Shown here piece by piece: positions 61,641 to 64,000 of a stretch of 64,000 nt of DNA (its first letter is position 1; the number at the start of each line of letters is the position of its first letter). Made by a program: the position numbers and the translations under genes. The notes beneath the pieces were generated by a model. It was not told where the DNA came from. It saw only the letters and a list, made by a program, of their open reading frames with translations, and did no database searches. The stretch spans positions 930,001 to 994,000 of the forward strand of contig MU057487.1 of the NCBI GenBank assembly GCA_013265495.1, given 5' to 3'. This DNA is from Vicugna vicugna. Its lineage: Eukaryota.

Positions 61641-62477
61641 CAAAGTTATAATAGGCTTCCTTCTCCTCACTAAGCATAGTTACTCATGTCCCTCTGGCTC
61701 GATGAAAGAGTGTATCATTTTCTGTTAGTTTTGTGGTCTTTTTATTTTACTTTTCTCATCCCCTTCCAAAAGCAAAGGATTTGCAACCACCATGACTGCT
61801 GTGAAATTTTACTGGGAGTGTGATTAAGAAGTTAGCGTTACAGTTTTTTTTGTGCTAGAGTTTCTATCCCACTGAGATACCTGGACTGTGAATGTGGTTT
61901 GCAAGGTAAAGCAAGGAGAGGGTCATGGACAGTTGGAGACATGTTCTTCTCAAGGTGACTCTTATCAAAGTTACAGCCTCACTTTTGCATTTTGGTATTT
62001 TATATTTTCTTTTTCTTGAAATGAGAGTTTTGAAAATATTATCCCACCTGGAGGAATCTGGTAATTGGTAAAATGAAGGCTTGTCTGAGAAACAAAACAC
62101 TGCTGCAAAGAATCTGATTTAGTATCATGACTTTTATTCATTTTTAATATAGAATTTCATGGCTCATCTAGAGGTAAGCCAGTCTATCATAAGAAATTGT
62201 CTTTTTGTTCATTTTAGAAATGTCCCTGCTGTTACTGTGTATGTGCTTTTGAAAAATCAACAGTTTAGACAGAAGGGGGCTGGTGCTGTGTTCTCTCTCC
62301 CCTCCTCCTATCCAAGTTCATTGTCTTTGCCTTAAAAGTCCCTCTCAGTTTTAACAAATCCTTTCTGCAGTCCATATTAACGAGTGTCATAGCTTAGCAA
62401 CAATCATCATCTCATATTAAATTTATAGTTTGGCTAATGTGATGGAATGATCTACATGCCAGAATCTCTTAATTTCT

Positions 62478-62507
62478 TTTCCTTTCCTTTCCTTTCCTTT
62501 CCTTTCC
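62478..62507 (+). repeat. (TTTCC)6 microsatellite
   Basis: Read directly from the sequence. Confidence 0.95.
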
Positions 62508-64000
62508 ACAACTGCAGACTGGAACCAAATGCTCAGTCAAATATCTTTCTTATGTAACTAATGGGAGGTGAGTGTTTTCCAGTTTCTCTTTTCTCGCTCA
62601 CCCTTCTTCTCTGTCTCCCCCTGTATTTATAGAACCAACTTTAATTATAATTTACCAGTGTGCCGAGGGCACATCAGTGATTCTCCAGATGGCTCAAACC
62701 GACCGGTGAAAGTACATTTCTTTTCACATTTGATCTTAGAATAGCCAGTACATTCCTAGCAAGCACTGACTAAGCAGTCGACCTGACTATTTGCAACTAG
62801 TTTCTATTCACCTGCTTTCTGATAATGAACACTAATATTCCTTGATATTGTGAATCCCCTATGCATCTCTCTATTTTCTCCTATTAGATCTTCCTTTATG
62901 CTTAATCTGTGGATCAGTAGGAAAGAAGCTTTTAATTAAAAAAAATATATTTCATTATTTAAACATCCTTTTCCTTCCAGCATATGTTACAGCTTCTGAA
63001 ATGAAGGTCTCAAACTTAATGTCGAAGAGTGCTGGCTATTTATTCTAAAAGCATTCTGAGAAAGTGAAAAGTGTATCTATAAATAAATGAAGAGAAAAGA
63101 AAGATGGGTAAGAGAAAGGTATTGTGTTTTATGTGTTCTTCCCTTTCCTCTGAACAAATTTGCTGCCAAAGTATTTAAAATAGTTACATAATACCAATTT
63201 GGTTACTGTAGCCAAGTACTCATACCATCAGTGCAGATTCTGCATTTCTTTAATTCCAAAATAATGGAAAGCAAGTGCTTCAGAATGATCCTAAGAACTG
63301 TAAATAAACCAGTGACAGCAAAGTGTTAATTAGAAATGGTAATGGGATATAAACATAATATATATACATATGTACATTGTAGGGAGAAATATATGATAAA
63401 GGATTTTTCATCCGCTGCATTTTCTGGCCTAAAACCAACTAAATATAACAGCATAATACATTTATTATAGGTGAAAATATTCTTTCAAAGTTTATGTGAG
63501 TTGCCATATGTTTCTATTGAGCCCAACTGGAAACATGGAAATGGAACTACTATTAAAATTCAAACAGAATTTTAGAATGTTAGGATGTTTATGTTTATAT
63601 GTAAGTAAACATACAAGTTTTAGTTTACAGTGCTATTCTGAACGTTCATGGTAATTGTACTCTACCATTTTCTATTCTATTCAATGTTACTCTACTTATT
63701 TTTCACCTGACATACCTACTGTGTCCAGTACTATGAACATGTACTAGAGGTGGGAGTAGGTAAGAAGGAAAAAACTAAAGGAACATTGAGAAAATTTTAG
63801 ACAGAGAGTGGCAAATGAATGGGGAGATGAAGCAACCTGGCACTTACAGTGATTATCTTGGTTTCTTTGCAGCATAGGTCACAGTTGGTAAAAATGGGAA
63901 ACAGAATGTAGATGGCTTTCTGTGCCATATTCTGGAACATGGATTTTGTCCCTTTTCTATACCTAAATTTGGATACATTTTGAGTAGATGAGCATCACAG

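Noticed and set aside
1..64000. CRISPR array, prokaryote-style operon or defence system, intact transposase or RT
   Set aside because: Sequence is eutherian non-coding DNA with no regularly spaced repeats and no long ORF; every mobile element is truncated or decayed.

Overview
Mammalian (eutherian) nuclear DNA, AT-rich and non-coding: intergenic or deep intronic. I could not recognise any protein-coding exon, tRNA, rRNA, snRNA or CRISPR array. The ORF track consists of chance ORFs, microsatellite translations and decayed LINE-1 ORF2 pieces. The window is a patchwork of ancient repeats (MIR, L2, L3/CR1, old L1M, MLT1/MLT2 LTRs, MER5A, a Tigger-derived MITE) plus several younger 5'-truncated L1 tails with visible target-site duplications (TSDs). 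Those tails look cetartiodactyl, most likely camelid, from recalled consensus; I saw no Alu, B1/B2, Bov-tA/BovB, PRE or SINEC. Repeat family names come from recalled consensus similarity and boundaries are approximate. The most striking structure read directly from the sequence is a TSD-flanked L1 (9885-11521). It lacks about 1.3 kb of ORF2 and carries in its place a 60-bp inverted copy (55/60 identical) of non-L1 DNA at 11988-12046, i.e. a templated insertion. Other leads are a short orphan direct-repeat-flanked A-tailed insert (42936-43061), a 24-nt microexon-like unit (49661-49684), and CpG-retaining patches that look regulatory. I found no convincing evidence for a novel gene system.
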